This document shows, piece after piece, positions 20,884 to 30,422 of a stretch of 64,000 nucleotides of DNA. The stretch's first letter is position 1, and every line of letters starts with the position of its first letter. Where the stretch lies: contig JBEKFP010000001.1 of assembly GCA_050013255.1 (NCBI GenBank), positions 800,001-864,000 of the forward strand, written 5' to 3'. Both the position numbers and the translations under genes were made by a program. The DNA comes from Candidatus Bathyarchaeia archaeon (lineage in GTDB: Archaea; Thermoproteota; Bathyarchaeia; 40CM-2-53-6). A model generated the notes under the pieces. The model was not told where the DNA came from. It was given only the letters and a program-made list of their open reading frames with translations, and ran no database searches.

Positions 20884-21139
20884 AGCGCACTCTGTGGCGT
20901 CGTTTCAACCTTGATATGAATCTCAAATAAGTGGTTTCGCGTTGAAAGTGAGTGATGGGGAGCCTAAGATTGTATGCATAATTCGAGCAACCTAGAATCG
21001 AATATACTACCTCTACTTTTGCTCGAAAAGCTTCTTTTTCAGCCAAGAGAACTATGCTGACCTCTTAAGTAGGTTGAAACGCAGTGGCCGGTTTGAGGTT
21101 CGCCTGATCTTGGCCACGCTAGAGCAGCAACAAGAGCGG

Positions 21140-21667
21140 ATGGCCTCGACTGAAAATTGGCAAACCCAGCTAAGGGAACTTTTGAGCTCGTGTTCGCCAG
21201 AAGCAAGGCTTGCAATAGTCGGCGTTGGTCACCCAATGCGCGGAGACGATTATGTTGGCAGCTACACCGTAAAGGCCATCATGGATGCAACAGACGGAAC
21301 ATTGCCTGAGGGATCATATCTCTTCGACGCAGAAGATTCGGTGGAAGCGCTCATTGGAACTCTCGCCAAGCTCGGCCTAAAGCATGTGATATTCATCGAC
21401 GCCTGCGAGATGGGGATGCCCCCTGGGGAAACAACCCTGCTGTCTGTCGCAGAGACAAGTTATCCGTTCTTCACAACACATGGCATCCCGCTGAAAGTTC
21501 TGGCAGAGCGATTGCTCTCTGAGAGCAAAGTCTGGGTTCTAGCAATTCAACCCAAACAGACAGGGTTTGATGTGAGCCTGTCCAAGGAGATTCAACACGC
21601 AGCCACGAACGTTTCTGAGTTAATCACGAGAGGTTTGGTTGAGGGAGGCGAATCGATTGCTCGTTAG
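21140..21667 (+). CDS. Hydrogenase maturation endopeptidase (HycI-like)
   Basis: VGVGHPMRGDDYVG, IFIDA, TTHGIPL, AIQP; first gene of the hydrogenase operon. Confidence 0.9.
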   Translation: MASTENWQTQLRELLSSCSPEARLAIVGVGHPMRGDDYVGSYTVKAIMDATDGTLPEGSYLFDAEDSVEALIGTLAKLGLKHVIFIDACEMGMPPGETTLLSVAETSYPFFTTHGIPLKVLAERLLSESKVWVLAIQPKQTGFDVSLSKEIQHAATNVSELITRGLVEGGESIAR

Positions 21668-22004
21668 CCTTGACCTTGCTACGGTCATTTTGTCGGTCGT
21701 AGTCTTCGTGCTGATCTTCTACTTTGTTGCGGGAAAGCTAGGTAAGGTTAGCACGGGCACCGGACCGAAATATGATGCCTTTGCAGGGGGAGAAGAACTT
21801 CCACCCGAGCGTGGAAAATACCACTCCGAGCTCTTCGTTTACGCGGCGCTCTTCGTGGCATTCGAAGTAATCGGGTTACTTCTCGCTAGTTCGATCGCTG
21901 CACGCGGATTCCTCTGGCCGCTCCTATTTACTTTGGCGGGAGGTTTCTCACTTTTCGTTTTGATGCTTTGGTTCGTGGGAACTGGAGGCGCTGAGCTTGC
22001 TTGA
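21657..22004 (+). CDS. Membrane subunit, NuoA-like
   Basis: Three TM segments; KYDAFAGGE...FVYAALFVAFEV; GGAGG before TTG 21657. Confidence 0.8.
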   Translation: MLVSLDLATVILSVVVFVLIFYFVAGKLGKVSTGTGPKYDAFAGGEELPPERGKYHSELFVYAALFVAFEVIGLLLASSIAARGFLWPLLFTLAGGFSLFVLMLWFVGTGGAELA

Positions 22005-22419
22005 ACAAATGGCAAAATGGGCGAGGAAACGTTCCCCTTGGGTCTACCACATAAATGCCTCCTCATGCAACGGATGCGACATCGAACTTGTCGCTAGCCT
22101 CACACCACGCTACGACATTGAAAGGTTCGGAGCCGTCTTGGTACCGAGCCCTAGGCATGCAGACGTTCTCATGGTTACAGGAACGGTAAACGCGCAGACC
22201 AAAGATAGATTGAAGCGAGTCTACGAACAAATACCAGAACCGAAACATGTGATTGCCATAGGAGCCTGCGCGGCCGCGGGTGGCGTATTCAAAGGCTGCT
22301 ACAATGTCGGCCAAGGAGTTCAAGATGTCATACCGGTCGACATGTTCATCCCTGGTTGCCCACCCCGCCCTGAGGCGATTATGTATGGAGTCCTGAAACT
22401 TTTGGGGGAAGTGAAATGA
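21997..22419 (+). CDS. Group-4 [NiFe]-hydrogenase small subunit (NuoB-like)
   Basis: SCNGCDIE (CxxC, hydrogenase type), SPRHAD, IGAC, PGCPPRPE. Confidence 0.93.
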   Translation: MLEQMAKWARKRSPWVYHINASSCNGCDIELVASLTPRYDIERFGAVLVPSPRHADVLMVTGTVNAQTKDRLKRVYEQIPEPKHVIAIGACAAAGGVFKGCYNVGQGVQDVIPVDMFIPGCPPRPEAIMYGVLKLLGEVK

Positions 22420-22898
22420 GCGAAGTTTTGCTTCAACAGCTCAAGAAACACGCCGAGAACGCTAATGGCAAGTTTACGGTTCTGAGGAAAGGCGAGGTCG
22501 CTGTTGAAGTCGACCAGGGGAAGATCAAAGGTTTCATCTCGAATCTAGTTAACGACCTGCACGTTAGCCATCTCTCAACAATGACAGGCCTCGACCTCGG
22601 CCAAAACATTGGAATCATCTACCACTTCTCCAGGGACAAGGATATGATTGACCTGAAAACATTCGTCCCGAAGACCCAGCCAACCGCCGTTTCGATAGTG
22701 GACATTATCCCAGGCGCAATCCTCTACGAGATGGAAATTCACGATATGTTCGGAGCCAACTTCGAAGGCAATCCATGGATGGACAGGAAACTGCTCCTCC
22801 CAGACACTTGGCCAGCGGACCTGCCACCGCCGCTTCTGAAAAGCTCGAAACCTGCTGAGATCCGCAAGAGACTGCATTTGGAGGTTGAAAGCAAATGA
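22416..22898 (+). CDS. NuoC-like subunit
   Basis: YEMEIHDMFGANFEGNP...LLLPDTWP...PPLLK. Confidence 0.88.
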   Translation: MSEVLLQQLKKHAENANGKFTVLRKGEVAVEVDQGKIKGFISNLVNDLHVSHLSTMTGLDLGQNIGIIYHFSRDKDMIDLKTFVPKTQPTAVSIVDIIPGAILYEMEIHDMFGANFEGNPWMDRKLLLPDTWPADLPPPLLKSSKPAEIRKRLHLEVESK

Positions 22899-24139
22899 GC
22901 GCTGAGCCCACACAACCCAAGCAAAGGGAAGAATCTGCCGGGCTGATGAAATACTCAGCGGAAAACCTTGTTCCATTTGGGCCTATTCATCCTGCGCTGA
23001 AAGAGCCTGAATACTTCAAGCTGATTCTCGAGGGTGAAAGAATCGTACAGGTCATACCGAGAATCGGGTACGTTCACAGAGGGCTGGAGAAAGCTGCTGA
23101 AACGCGGCCTTGGGTGCAAAACATGTATATGTTCGAGAGGACCTGCGGCATCTGCAGCTTCGTTCACAGCCTAGCCTATGGCCAAGCCGTGGAAGGCCTA
23201 ACAATCTACGAAGTCCCGCGACGAGCCAAATTCATCCGGCTGATTATAGCGGAGATGGAAAGGATCCACAGCCATCTGCTCTGGGTCGGCCTAATGGGCC
23301 ACTGGGCAGGGTTCGAAACGTTATTCATGTGGGTGTGGCGCGACCGTGAGGTGGTCCTCGACTTAGTGGAAGCTATCTCAGGCAATCGAATTCACAAATC
23401 AATGAACGCCTTCGTAGGCGTCAGGCGTGACATGCCCGAAGGCATGGAAGATAGAATCGTCGAGCGCATGAAATTCCTCGTAGACCGGGCGCGGTATTAC
23501 AAGGAGATTATTGACACTGAAGAAACGATGCTGGAACGAACAGAGAAAGTTGGAAAGCTAAGCCAGGACACAGCGGAAAAACTGTGCGTGGTCGGCCCGA
23601 TGGCCCGTTACGTAGGGCTACAAAAAGATGTTCGGTTGAACGACCCCTACGCGGCCTACGATGAAGTGCCCTTCGACATAATCATCAGAAACGAAGCCGA
23701 CGTCCACGCACTCCTCCAGCTACGCCTAGACGAACTCGTAGCCTCAGCAAACATGATCAGCTACGCCGTTCAGCATCTACCGGATGGTCCAATTAGAGTC
23801 AAGATTCCACCCATAATTCCAGCAGGCGAACATTCAACACATTGCGAAGCCCCAAGGGGCGAGATTTTCTATTACGTCAAGTCCGGCGGTGGAAGAACCC
23901 CCGAACGCGTTAAAGTCAGGACTCCTACCCTAGCTAACCTCCCTGCAGCTCTAGAGATTCTGAAGGGGCAGACAATCGCAGACGTACCAATAGTTCTCAC
24001 AGCAATCGACCCCTGTTTCGGCTGCATGGACAGGATGTCTTTCTTAGACACTGAGACGAACCGCCAGTGGACATGGTCAGGTGAGGAACTCAGACAATAC
24101 GGGATCAATCATTACTTCCCCGAGAGGGCCAAGAAGTGA
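22895..24139 (+). CDS. Group-4 [NiFe]-hydrogenase large subunit (NuoD-like)
   Basis: GPIHP, GYVHRGLEK, L1 ERTCGICS, EAPRGE, L2 DPCFGCMDR followed by a C-terminal extension. Confidence 0.95.
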   Translation: MSAEPTQPKQREESAGLMKYSAENLVPFGPIHPALKEPEYFKLILEGERIVQVIPRIGYVHRGLEKAAETRPWVQNMYMFERTCGICSFVHSLAYGQAVEGLTIYEVPRRAKFIRLIIAEMERIHSHLLWVGLMGHWAGFETLFMWVWRDREVVLDLVEAISGNRIHKSMNAFVGVRRDMPEGMEDRIVERMKFLVDRARYYKEIIDTEETMLERTEKVGKLSQDTAEKLCVVGPMARYVGLQKDVRLNDPYAAYDEVPFDIIIRNEADVHALLQLRLDELVASANMISYAVQHLPDGPIRVKIPPIIPAGEHSTHCEAPRGEIFYYVKSGGGRTPERVKVRTPTLANLPAALEILKGQTIADVPIVLTAIDPCFGCMDRMSFLDTETNRQWTWSGEELRQYGINHYFPERAKK

Positions 24140-25125
24140 CTGCCACAGAAATCTTAGAGGCCATAATATTTCCAGGCGTACTTTTCACGATAGCAATGGG
24201 CTTTATTTTCGACTGGCTTGACAGAAAAACCGCAGCCCGTATGCAAGGCCGAATAGGCCCAAAGATCACGGGGCCATCCGGAATACTTCAGCCGCTCGCC
24301 GACTTTCTGAAGCTTCTCTTCAAGGAGGAAATAATCCCCTCCCACGCGGATAAGGTGATTTTCCTATTCGCCCCAGCATTGTACTTTCTCGCGCCTTTGC
24401 TTTCGATGCTGTTCATTCCGATAATTGCGTTGACACCGACTGCAGGCTTCGATTTTGATCTGCTCGTCATACTGTTCCTGTTGGCCTTTGCAGCGTTCGT
24501 AGTCGCGGTTCTCAGCTATTCTTCCGCCAGCAGCTTTACCACGATAGCCACGGGAAGGCTGGTTCTTCAGTACGTGAGCTATGAAATCCCATTGGTCCTA
24601 GCCATAGTTACCGCCGCAATCTACTCGCGAAGCCTATCCGTGGAGGGAATCGTGACATCTCAAACCGGGCTCTGGAATGTTTTCGTGATGCCATTCGCCT
24701 TCGGAGTGTACGTCATAGCCCTAATGGCGGAGCTTGAGAAGCCCCCCTTCGATATTCCCAGCGCCAAGACAGAAATCGTGGCCGGCTGGCTCACAGAATT
24801 CTCCGGGCGCGCACTTGCGTTCCTCAAACTCACGAAGGAGGTAGGTTACGTATTCGGTTCTGCACTTGCGGTGTCGCTTTTTCTCGGCGGGCCCCTTGGC
24901 CCACAGATGGGGGCCTCCGTTCCAGCCCCGTTCCAATATTTCATCTATTTCATGGTTAAACTTCTGGCAGTTGGATTCTTGATATTCGTCCTGAAAACTG
25001 CGTTAGCCCGCGTGAAAATCGCGCAAGCGACCGAACTCTTCTGGAAGGTACTAACGCCTGTCAGCCTTGCGCAGCTCGCACTAGTTCTGGTTCTAATTCA
25101 GGGAGGGGTTCCTCTTGCCGCGTAG
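24136..25125 (+). CDS. NuoH-like membrane subunit
   Basis: RKTAARMQGRIGP, LQPLADFLKLLFKE, VSYEIP, PFDIPSAKTEIVAG. Confidence 0.93.
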   Translation: MTATEILEAIIFPGVLFTIAMGFIFDWLDRKTAARMQGRIGPKITGPSGILQPLADFLKLLFKEEIIPSHADKVIFLFAPALYFLAPLLSMLFIPIIALTPTAGFDFDLLVILFLLAFAAFVVAVLSYSSASSFTTIATGRLVLQYVSYEIPLVLAIVTAAIYSRSLSVEGIVTSQTGLWNVFVMPFAFGVYVIALMAELEKPPFDIPSAKTEIVAGWLTEFSGRALAFLKLTKEVGYVFGSALAVSLFLGGPLGPQMGASVPAPFQYFIYFMVKLLAVGFLIFVLKTALARVKIAQATELFWKVLTPVSLAQLALVLVLIQGGVPLAA

Positions 25126-25504
25126 AAGAGCAGGTGCCGCCATACCTGAAATGTTCCGCACGCTGATTGAGAAACCAAGTACGCAAGTCTACCCATACGA
25201 GAAAGTGAACCTGCCGCAACGGTTCCGTGGCAAGCTGGACATAGACCCAGCCAAATGCACGGGCTGCCAAGTCTGCGCATTGGTCTGCCCTGCCAGTGTT
25301 ATCACGATGGTTGACTTTGGGACCCGCAAGGTTGGCGACCGCGTACTTCCGGTCAAACGACCAGTGTTCGATCTGGCCACTTGCATTTTCTGCGGTGAAT
25401 GCGTCGACAACTGCGCTTTCAACGCGCTTGAGATGACTAAGCAGTTCGAGTTAGCTACGCCGCACAAGGAAGACTTGGTGATGAGGAAGGCTCTGGCAAG
25501 ATGA
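25115..25504 (+). CDS. NuoI-like 2x[4Fe-4S] subunit
   Basis: CTGCQVCALVCP and CIFCGECVDNC. Confidence 0.92.
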   Translation: MPRRRAGAAIPEMFRTLIEKPSTQVYPYEKVNLPQRFRGKLDIDPAKCTGCQVCALVCPASVITMVDFGTRKVGDRVLPVKRPVFDLATCIFCGECVDNCAFNALEMTKQFELATPHKEDLVMRKALAR

Positions 25505-26013
25505 GTTTTGACGTAACATTCCTTCTGGGGACAATGTTGGTCGGCGTCACCATCGTTGCCTTAATGGTGCGCAAATTGGTTTGGTCTCTAATCCTGCTCT
25601 TTTACTCTAGCATAGTCTTCGGCCTACTACTCATAAGCTATGGCGCAACCTTCGCAGGCCTATTCCACATCATAACCTTCGCTGGGGCCGTCTCAGTCCT
25701 CTTCATGGTCATACTGATGATTGTGGGAGGGCAAGCACTCAGCGACAAAATTGGAAAAGAAAACCTCACAGGAATGATACTCGCGGTTCTCGCTGCGATA
25801 CCCCTCGTCATCATAGTCTCGAACTTCCAACCATTCCCGGTCAGGTTGGATGAGCGAACTCAACTCATGGGCCTAGCGAGTCAACCTAACAACCCACTCA
25901 GTTTTCTATGGGCCCTACGATCCTGGGATCTGTTGCTAGTCGTGATCCTCGTAGCCGCCGCTATGCTTGGCGTGATGAACCTGTTCTCCCGAGAAGGAGG
26001 CCCAGAGAAATGA
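25501..26013 (+). CDS. NuoJ-like membrane subunit
   Basis: TFAGAVSVLFMVILM; position in the operon. Confidence 0.85.
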   Translation: MSFDVTFLLGTMLVGVTIVALMVRKLVWSLILLFYSSIVFGLLLISYGATFAGLFHIITFAGAVSVLFMVILMIVGGQALSDKIGKENLTGMILAVLAAIPLVIIVSNFQPFPVRLDERTQLMGLASQPNNPLSFLWALRSWDLLLVVILVAAAMLGVMNLFSREGGPEK

Positions 26014-26318
26014 ACGAGCAGCAGCTCCTACAAGTCTTCGCAGCCCTACTCTTCGTTTCAGGGTTCGGAACAATTGCCACCACGAAGAACCTTGTCAAAA
26101 TGATCATGGGCTTCCAGGTTATGATTTGGGGAGTCAACCTTGCGCTCTTCGCTGGGGGCCTAGTTAACGGCCAAATTACACTATTCTCGACCTCGCTCGT
26201 GATAATTTCAATCTCTATCGGCGCAAGTGTTGAAGCCCTAGCGCTGTCCCTCGTCATTCTAGTCTTCCGAAGGTACGGTACCCTTAACCCATGGGAAATT
26301 AGGAGGCTCGCGCACTGA
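26010..26318 (+). CDS. NuoK/MrpC-like membrane subunit
   Basis: KNLVKMIMG, IGASVEALALSL; ATG overlaps the upstream stop codon. Confidence 0.88.
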   Translation: MNEQQLLQVFAALLFVSGFGTIATTKNLVKMIMGFQVMIWGVNLALFAGGLVNGQITLFSTSLVIISISIGASVEALALSLVILVFRRYGTLNPWEIRRLAH

Positions 26319-28081
26319 CCACTCTATACGCAGAATGGTTTGTTTGGGCCCTACCCTTCATAGCGATACCCTTCACCTTAGGCTTATCACGCTGGCCTAA
26401 AGTAAGAAACTGGTTCGCCGCAACAATAACTGGCCTCACATTTCTATTGGCAGTAGACCTGCTGCTCGAAGTGCAAAGTGGTGGGATAATTGATTCATCG
26501 TTTTCATGGTTGTCGGCCTACGGTTTCAAAGTGACGGTGCACGTAGATGGTTTAGCAGCTTTCTTGGCGGTGGTAGTGAATTCGCTTGGTTTCTTGATCG
26601 TTGTTTATTCACAGGGCTACATGGGGCATGAGAAAGGCCTACCTAGATACTATTCGCTCGTTCAACTCTTCATTGGCGCTATGACTGGGCTAGTCCTTGC
26701 CGGAAACTTTCTCCAGCTCTACATCTTCTGGGAAATAGTAGGCATATGCTCCGCCTTCCTGATAGCCTTCTGGTATGACCGGCCGGAAGCAGTTCGTGCT
26801 GGCCTCAAGGCCTTCATCGTCACAAGGGTCGGGGACGCAGCGTTGCTGATCGGGTTTGTCTGGCTCTACGTGACAACAGGGAGCGTAGACTTCCAGAAAC
26901 TGAGCACACTGGCATCGCAGGGATTCATCCCCGCATCAATCCTTACAGCGACAGGAATACTGATTCTCGTCGGCGCGATGGGTAAGTCCGCGCAGGTGCC
27001 GCTCCACGTTTGGCTACCCGACGCAATGGAAGGGCCAACCACCGTTAGCGCCCTAATTCATGCTGCCACAATGGTAAACGCAGGCGTGTACCTAGTCGCC
27101 AGAACATACCCAATCTTCTCCACCAGCCAAACATGGCTCTCCACCGTCGGCTGGGTTGGCATAATCTCAGCCCTGCTAGCCGCCAGCATAGCCACGGTTA
27201 CTACGGACATAAAACGAGTCCTCGCCTACTCAACAATCAGCCAACTGGGCATGATGCTCGCAGCACTCGGAACTGGGACGGCGGGCGGATGGTTTGCCTC
27301 CCAATTCCATTTGATGAGCCAAGGCTTCTTCAAAGCACTGGGATTCTTGGCAGCGGGGTCGATCATTCACGTTCTCGGGACTCGTAACATGGAGGAGATG
27401 GGCGGCCTGCGAAAGCGTATGCCCATCACTTTCCTGGCATTTCTATTCGCAACACTCGCCCTAGCGGGTGTCCCGCCGTTCGTTGGTTTCTGGAGCAAAG
27501 ACCTCATCGTAACCGAACTGTCCTTGGCCGGCCAGAACGTACAGGCCCTGCTCATCCTAGTTGTTTCAATACTCTCATCATTCTACATGTTCCGTGCGCT
27601 CTTCAAAGTCTTCTTCGGGCCCGAGAGCAAAATGGCGCAAGAGAAGAACATTCACGAATCGCCGAAAATCATGACGATACCGCTACTCATCCTGAGCGCT
27701 TGCGTACTCGTGTTGGGCTTTACAGAAGGCCCAGCTGCGAGCTTACTCGGCATAACGGAGAACCTTGCCTTCGAGCTACCTATCATCGGCGCTTCCATCT
27801 TTGCGATTTTGATAGGGCTGACGCCATCCTACTTTGCGTTCTACCTGCACAAACCTAACCCATCAACGTTCCTTGAACAACACCCCAGCCTCGGGACATT
27901 GAGGCAAATCATGCTGGCTGGGTATGGTTTTGACGCCCTTTACCAAAGAGTCTTCGTTAACTCGCTCTCGAAAATTTCGAACACGGCTAGGGAAATTCAG
28001 ACTGGAATCCTGGCTAAGAATCTCTGGCCTATGCTCGCAATCTTAGTGATTCTCGCGATCTGGGTGGTGTTGTACCTATGA
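26315..28081 (+). CDS. NuoL/MrpA-like antiporter subunit (probable CTG start at 26315)
   Basis: FWEIVG, KAFIVTRVGD, KSAQVPLHVWLPDAMEGPTTVSALIHAATMV, DIKRVLAYSTISQLG; the frame is open back to a CTG overlapping the upstream TGA. Confidence 0.93.
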   Translation: MTTLYAEWFVWALPFIAIPFTLGLSRWPKVRNWFAATITGLTFLLAVDLLLEVQSGGIIDSSFSWLSAYGFKVTVHVDGLAAFLAVVVNSLGFLIVVYSQGYMGHEKGLPRYYSLVQLFIGAMTGLVLAGNFLQLYIFWEIVGICSAFLIAFWYDRPEAVRAGLKAFIVTRVGDAALLIGFVWLYVTTGSVDFQKLSTLASQGFIPASILTATGILILVGAMGKSAQVPLHVWLPDAMEGPTTVSALIHAATMVNAGVYLVARTYPIFSTSQTWLSTVGWVGIISALLAASIATVTTDIKRVLAYSTISQLGMMLAALGTGTAGGWFASQFHLMSQGFFKALGFLAAGSIIHVLGTRNMEEMGGLRKRMPITFLAFLFATLALAGVPPFVGFWSKDLIVTELSLAGQNVQALLILVVSILSSFYMFRALFKVFFGPESKMAQEKNIHESPKIMTIPLLILSACVLVLGFTEGPAASLLGITENLAFELPIIGASIFAILIGLTPSYFAFYLHKPNPSTFLEQHPSLGTLRQIMLAGYGFDALYQRVFVNSLSKISNTAREIQTGILAKNLWPMLAILVILAIWVVLYL

Positions 28082-29583
28082 GCGATTGGATAACGCTATT
28101 CTCAACTTTCGCCCCAGGGTTCTTTGGCGCCTTCGGCATTCTCATCCTAGACTTGGTCTTCAAGAATAGAACGAAACATCGCTCTGCTATTAGCGGCGTA
28201 ATAGCCATCGGTGCCTTCTCCCTAATCGCGGTTAGCAACTGGCAACAGGCTGCAACCGTGTTAGCGACGGGTAAGCCCACTGTGATAAGCCTTGAACCGA
28301 GCCTGTTGGCTACAACCTTTACGATAACTCAGCTAGGCGTTTACATATCCTCAATTGCACTGTTGCTCTGCATTCTAATCAGCCTGTACTCGATTGCATA
28401 CCTTTCGAAGGAGGGTAGCTCAGCCCTCTTTCAATCCCTAATTCTTCTGCTCTACCTCAGCATATACGCGGTCACAGTCTCGGGCGACCTGTTCACATTC
28501 TTCATTGGTTGGGAGGGTATGAGTGTCGCCGCATACGGCCTGGTAGCCTTCTACAAGCATAGCTGGGAAGCTATCGAGGCTACAGTGAAGTACTTGCTGA
28601 TGAGCGGAATAGGAAGCCTCACAGCGCTTTACGGAATTGCACTCATATACGGCCTAACAGGCACCTTGAACATTGAGAGCTTCGTGAAAGGCTTCGCCAC
28701 ACCGACTTCGACTGGAACGTTGGCCCTCATTCTCATTTTCGTGGGATTTGGCGTTGAGGCCGCTGTCGTGCCGTTACACATGTGGTTACCTGACGCCCAT
28801 CCTGCAGCCCCTAGCCCTATGAGCGCGCTACTGTCTGGGATTATCATTGAAGTTGGAAGTTTTGCTTTCATACGCCTTATAGGCCCAATTCTAATCCTGC
28901 CCGCTTACGTGACTCTGGCTCAGCCGATACTTGCGGCCGCTGCCGTCGCAACAATGTTCGTCGGCAACCTGTCAGCATTACAGCAGGACGATTTGAAGCG
29001 GCTACTAGCCTATTCGAGTATCGCGCAAGTCGGCTACATATTACTTGGAATCGCGACCCTAACCCCCGCGGGATTCTCAGCGAGCATATTCCACATCTGG
29101 AACCACGCACTTCTGAAAGGGATGTTATTCCTCCTCGCAGGAATCGTTACCTACCAAATTGGCACCAGAAGCTTGACTGAGATGGCCGGGTTGGGAAGGA
29201 AAAGCCCGATACTTGCAGCGCTTTTCGGTCTCAGCGCGTTGGCTATGACCGGTGTCCCACCCTTTGGCTTATTCTGGAGCGAACTGCTGATAGTTCTCTC
29301 AAACCTGGCAGTCGGGTCGATTATCCTAGATGCGGCGGTTGTGTTAATGTTGCTCAACCTGCTCATCTCGATAGCGTACTACTTCCGAATAATACGAACC
29401 ATCGCTTTCGCAGAACCGAGCAGCCACCTAAACGGAAACGTGGCGACCAAAATACCGAAGCTCCTGTTGATTCCGTGTATAATCCTAATCGCGCTCAGTT
29501 TGATTACGGGCCTCTACCCGAACCTTTTCTACCAACCAGCAGCAAATGCTGTTAATGGGCTTCTAACCGGTTTCTCATGGTGA
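28078..29583 (+). CDS. NuoM/NuoN/MrpD-like antiporter subunit
   Basis: EATVKYL, PLHMWLPDAHPAAPSPMSALLSG, DLKRLLAYSSIAQVGY. Confidence 0.92.
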   Translation: MSDWITLFSTFAPGFFGAFGILILDLVFKNRTKHRSAISGVIAIGAFSLIAVSNWQQAATVLATGKPTVISLEPSLLATTFTITQLGVYISSIALLLCILISLYSIAYLSKEGSSALFQSLILLLYLSIYAVTVSGDLFTFFIGWEGMSVAAYGLVAFYKHSWEAIEATVKYLLMSGIGSLTALYGIALIYGLTGTLNIESFVKGFATPTSTGTLALILIFVGFGVEAAVVPLHMWLPDAHPAAPSPMSALLSGIIIEVGSFAFIRLIGPILILPAYVTLAQPILAAAAVATMFVGNLSALQQDDLKRLLAYSSIAQVGYILLGIATLTPAGFSASIFHIWNHALLKGMLFLLAGIVTYQIGTRSLTEMAGLGRKSPILAALFGLSALAMTGVPPFGLFWSELLIVLSNLAVGSIILDAAVVLMLLNLLISIAYYFRIIRTIAFAEPSSHLNGNVATKIPKLLLIPCIILIALSLITGLYPNLFYQPAANAVNGLLTGFSW

Positions 29584-29586
29584 TCT

Positions 29587-29928
29587 ATGATGAGTGAAGG
29601 AGGAAGAGAACGAATAATCAAAGATGTGGAAACCCTCGACGATGCAGTCAAAGCCGAGAAGGATGTGGAGTCAGGGTACCACGGCGTCATCGACGAGAAT
29701 ATATCGTACTGGCTAGCCGTCGAAGAGGACATCGTCGAAAGTTACACGAAGTTGGCCAAGAAAAGCAAGAACAGAAAGGTCAAAACGACCCTCAACAGAA
29801 TTATAGACGACTCCAAGAACCACATTCGAATGCTAACCTCGATACGCAAAGCCTTCAACAAAATTATGGCGGACGAACATCGCCACGCAGCACTCCTACA
29901 AGAGTTGGCTGAAACAACGCACAAATGA
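29587..29928 (+). CDS. Ferritin/rubrerythrin-like four-helix protein
   Basis: Helical, with DSKNH and DEHRH motifs. Confidence 0.65.
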   Translation: MMSEGGRERIIKDVETLDDAVKAEKDVESGYHGVIDENISYWLAVEEDIVESYTKLAKKSKNRKVKTTLNRIIDDSKNHIRMLTSIRKAFNKIMADEHRHAALLQELAETTHK

Positions 29929-29953
29929 GACCAGCTTAGGGACGCCTTCGGGC

Positions 29954-29977
29954 GTTCAAATCCCTCCCCGTGCACCA
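29954..29977 (+). other. Orphan tRNA 3' fragment (T-loop, acceptor strand, ACCA)
   Basis: GTTCAAATCCCTCCCCGTGCACCA with no 5' half nearby. Confidence 0.65.
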
Positions 29978-30123
29978 ACTATACCCGTGTATAACATATG
30001 CTAGACGAGAAGGACCATGGAGTATTCGAGAAATTCGTTTAGGAACCGGTTTCGATTCAAGCCTTGTCCGCCTATCGAAGTGGATTTTGGGTTGTTCCGC
30101 CAAGAAAATTGGTTCTGGAGCTT

Positions 30124-30149
30124 GGGTTCGAACCCCGTTCCCGCCACCA
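30124..30149 (+). other. Second, degenerate tRNA 3' fragment
   Basis: GGGTTCGAACCCCGTTCCCGCCACCA. Confidence 0.5.
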
Positions 30150-30181
30150 CTCACACTGGTTCACATAGCCAACCAGCACCC

Positions 30182-30224
30182 TTGGCACCGTTTGGCACCA
30201 CCCCTCGGTGGGTGGATCCACCCT
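30182..30224 (+). repeat. Dispersed 43-bp repeat, copy 1
   Basis: 41/43 identical to 47016-47058; contains TTGGCACC twice and the palindrome GGGTGGATCCACCC. Confidence 0.9.
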
Positions 30225-30422
30225 CTGATTCGGCCACTGGAAGATCGAGCCGTTTACCTAGGCCTCCCAACCGCAAGATGCTGGGAGTGCCGACTTTCAC
30301 AAATTGGCATTCAGATGGGAGTATTATAACCAAAGTGATGGTGGAGCGAAGAATTCCTATTCGCTACGCATACAGTTAGGCGGGAAGTACCAAGGCACAG
30401 TTCGTGCCATGAATCGCGTGTC

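Noticed and set aside
21997-29583. Annotation as NADH:quinone oxidoreductase (nuo/fpo)
   Set aside because: Ni-binding cysteines, a cleavable C-terminal tail and a maturation protease indicate a hydrogenase.
29742-30379. Overlapping short ORFs after the hydrogenase operon
   Set aside because: Shadows of the tRNA fragments, the repeat or the ferritin-like gene; no coherent protein signal.
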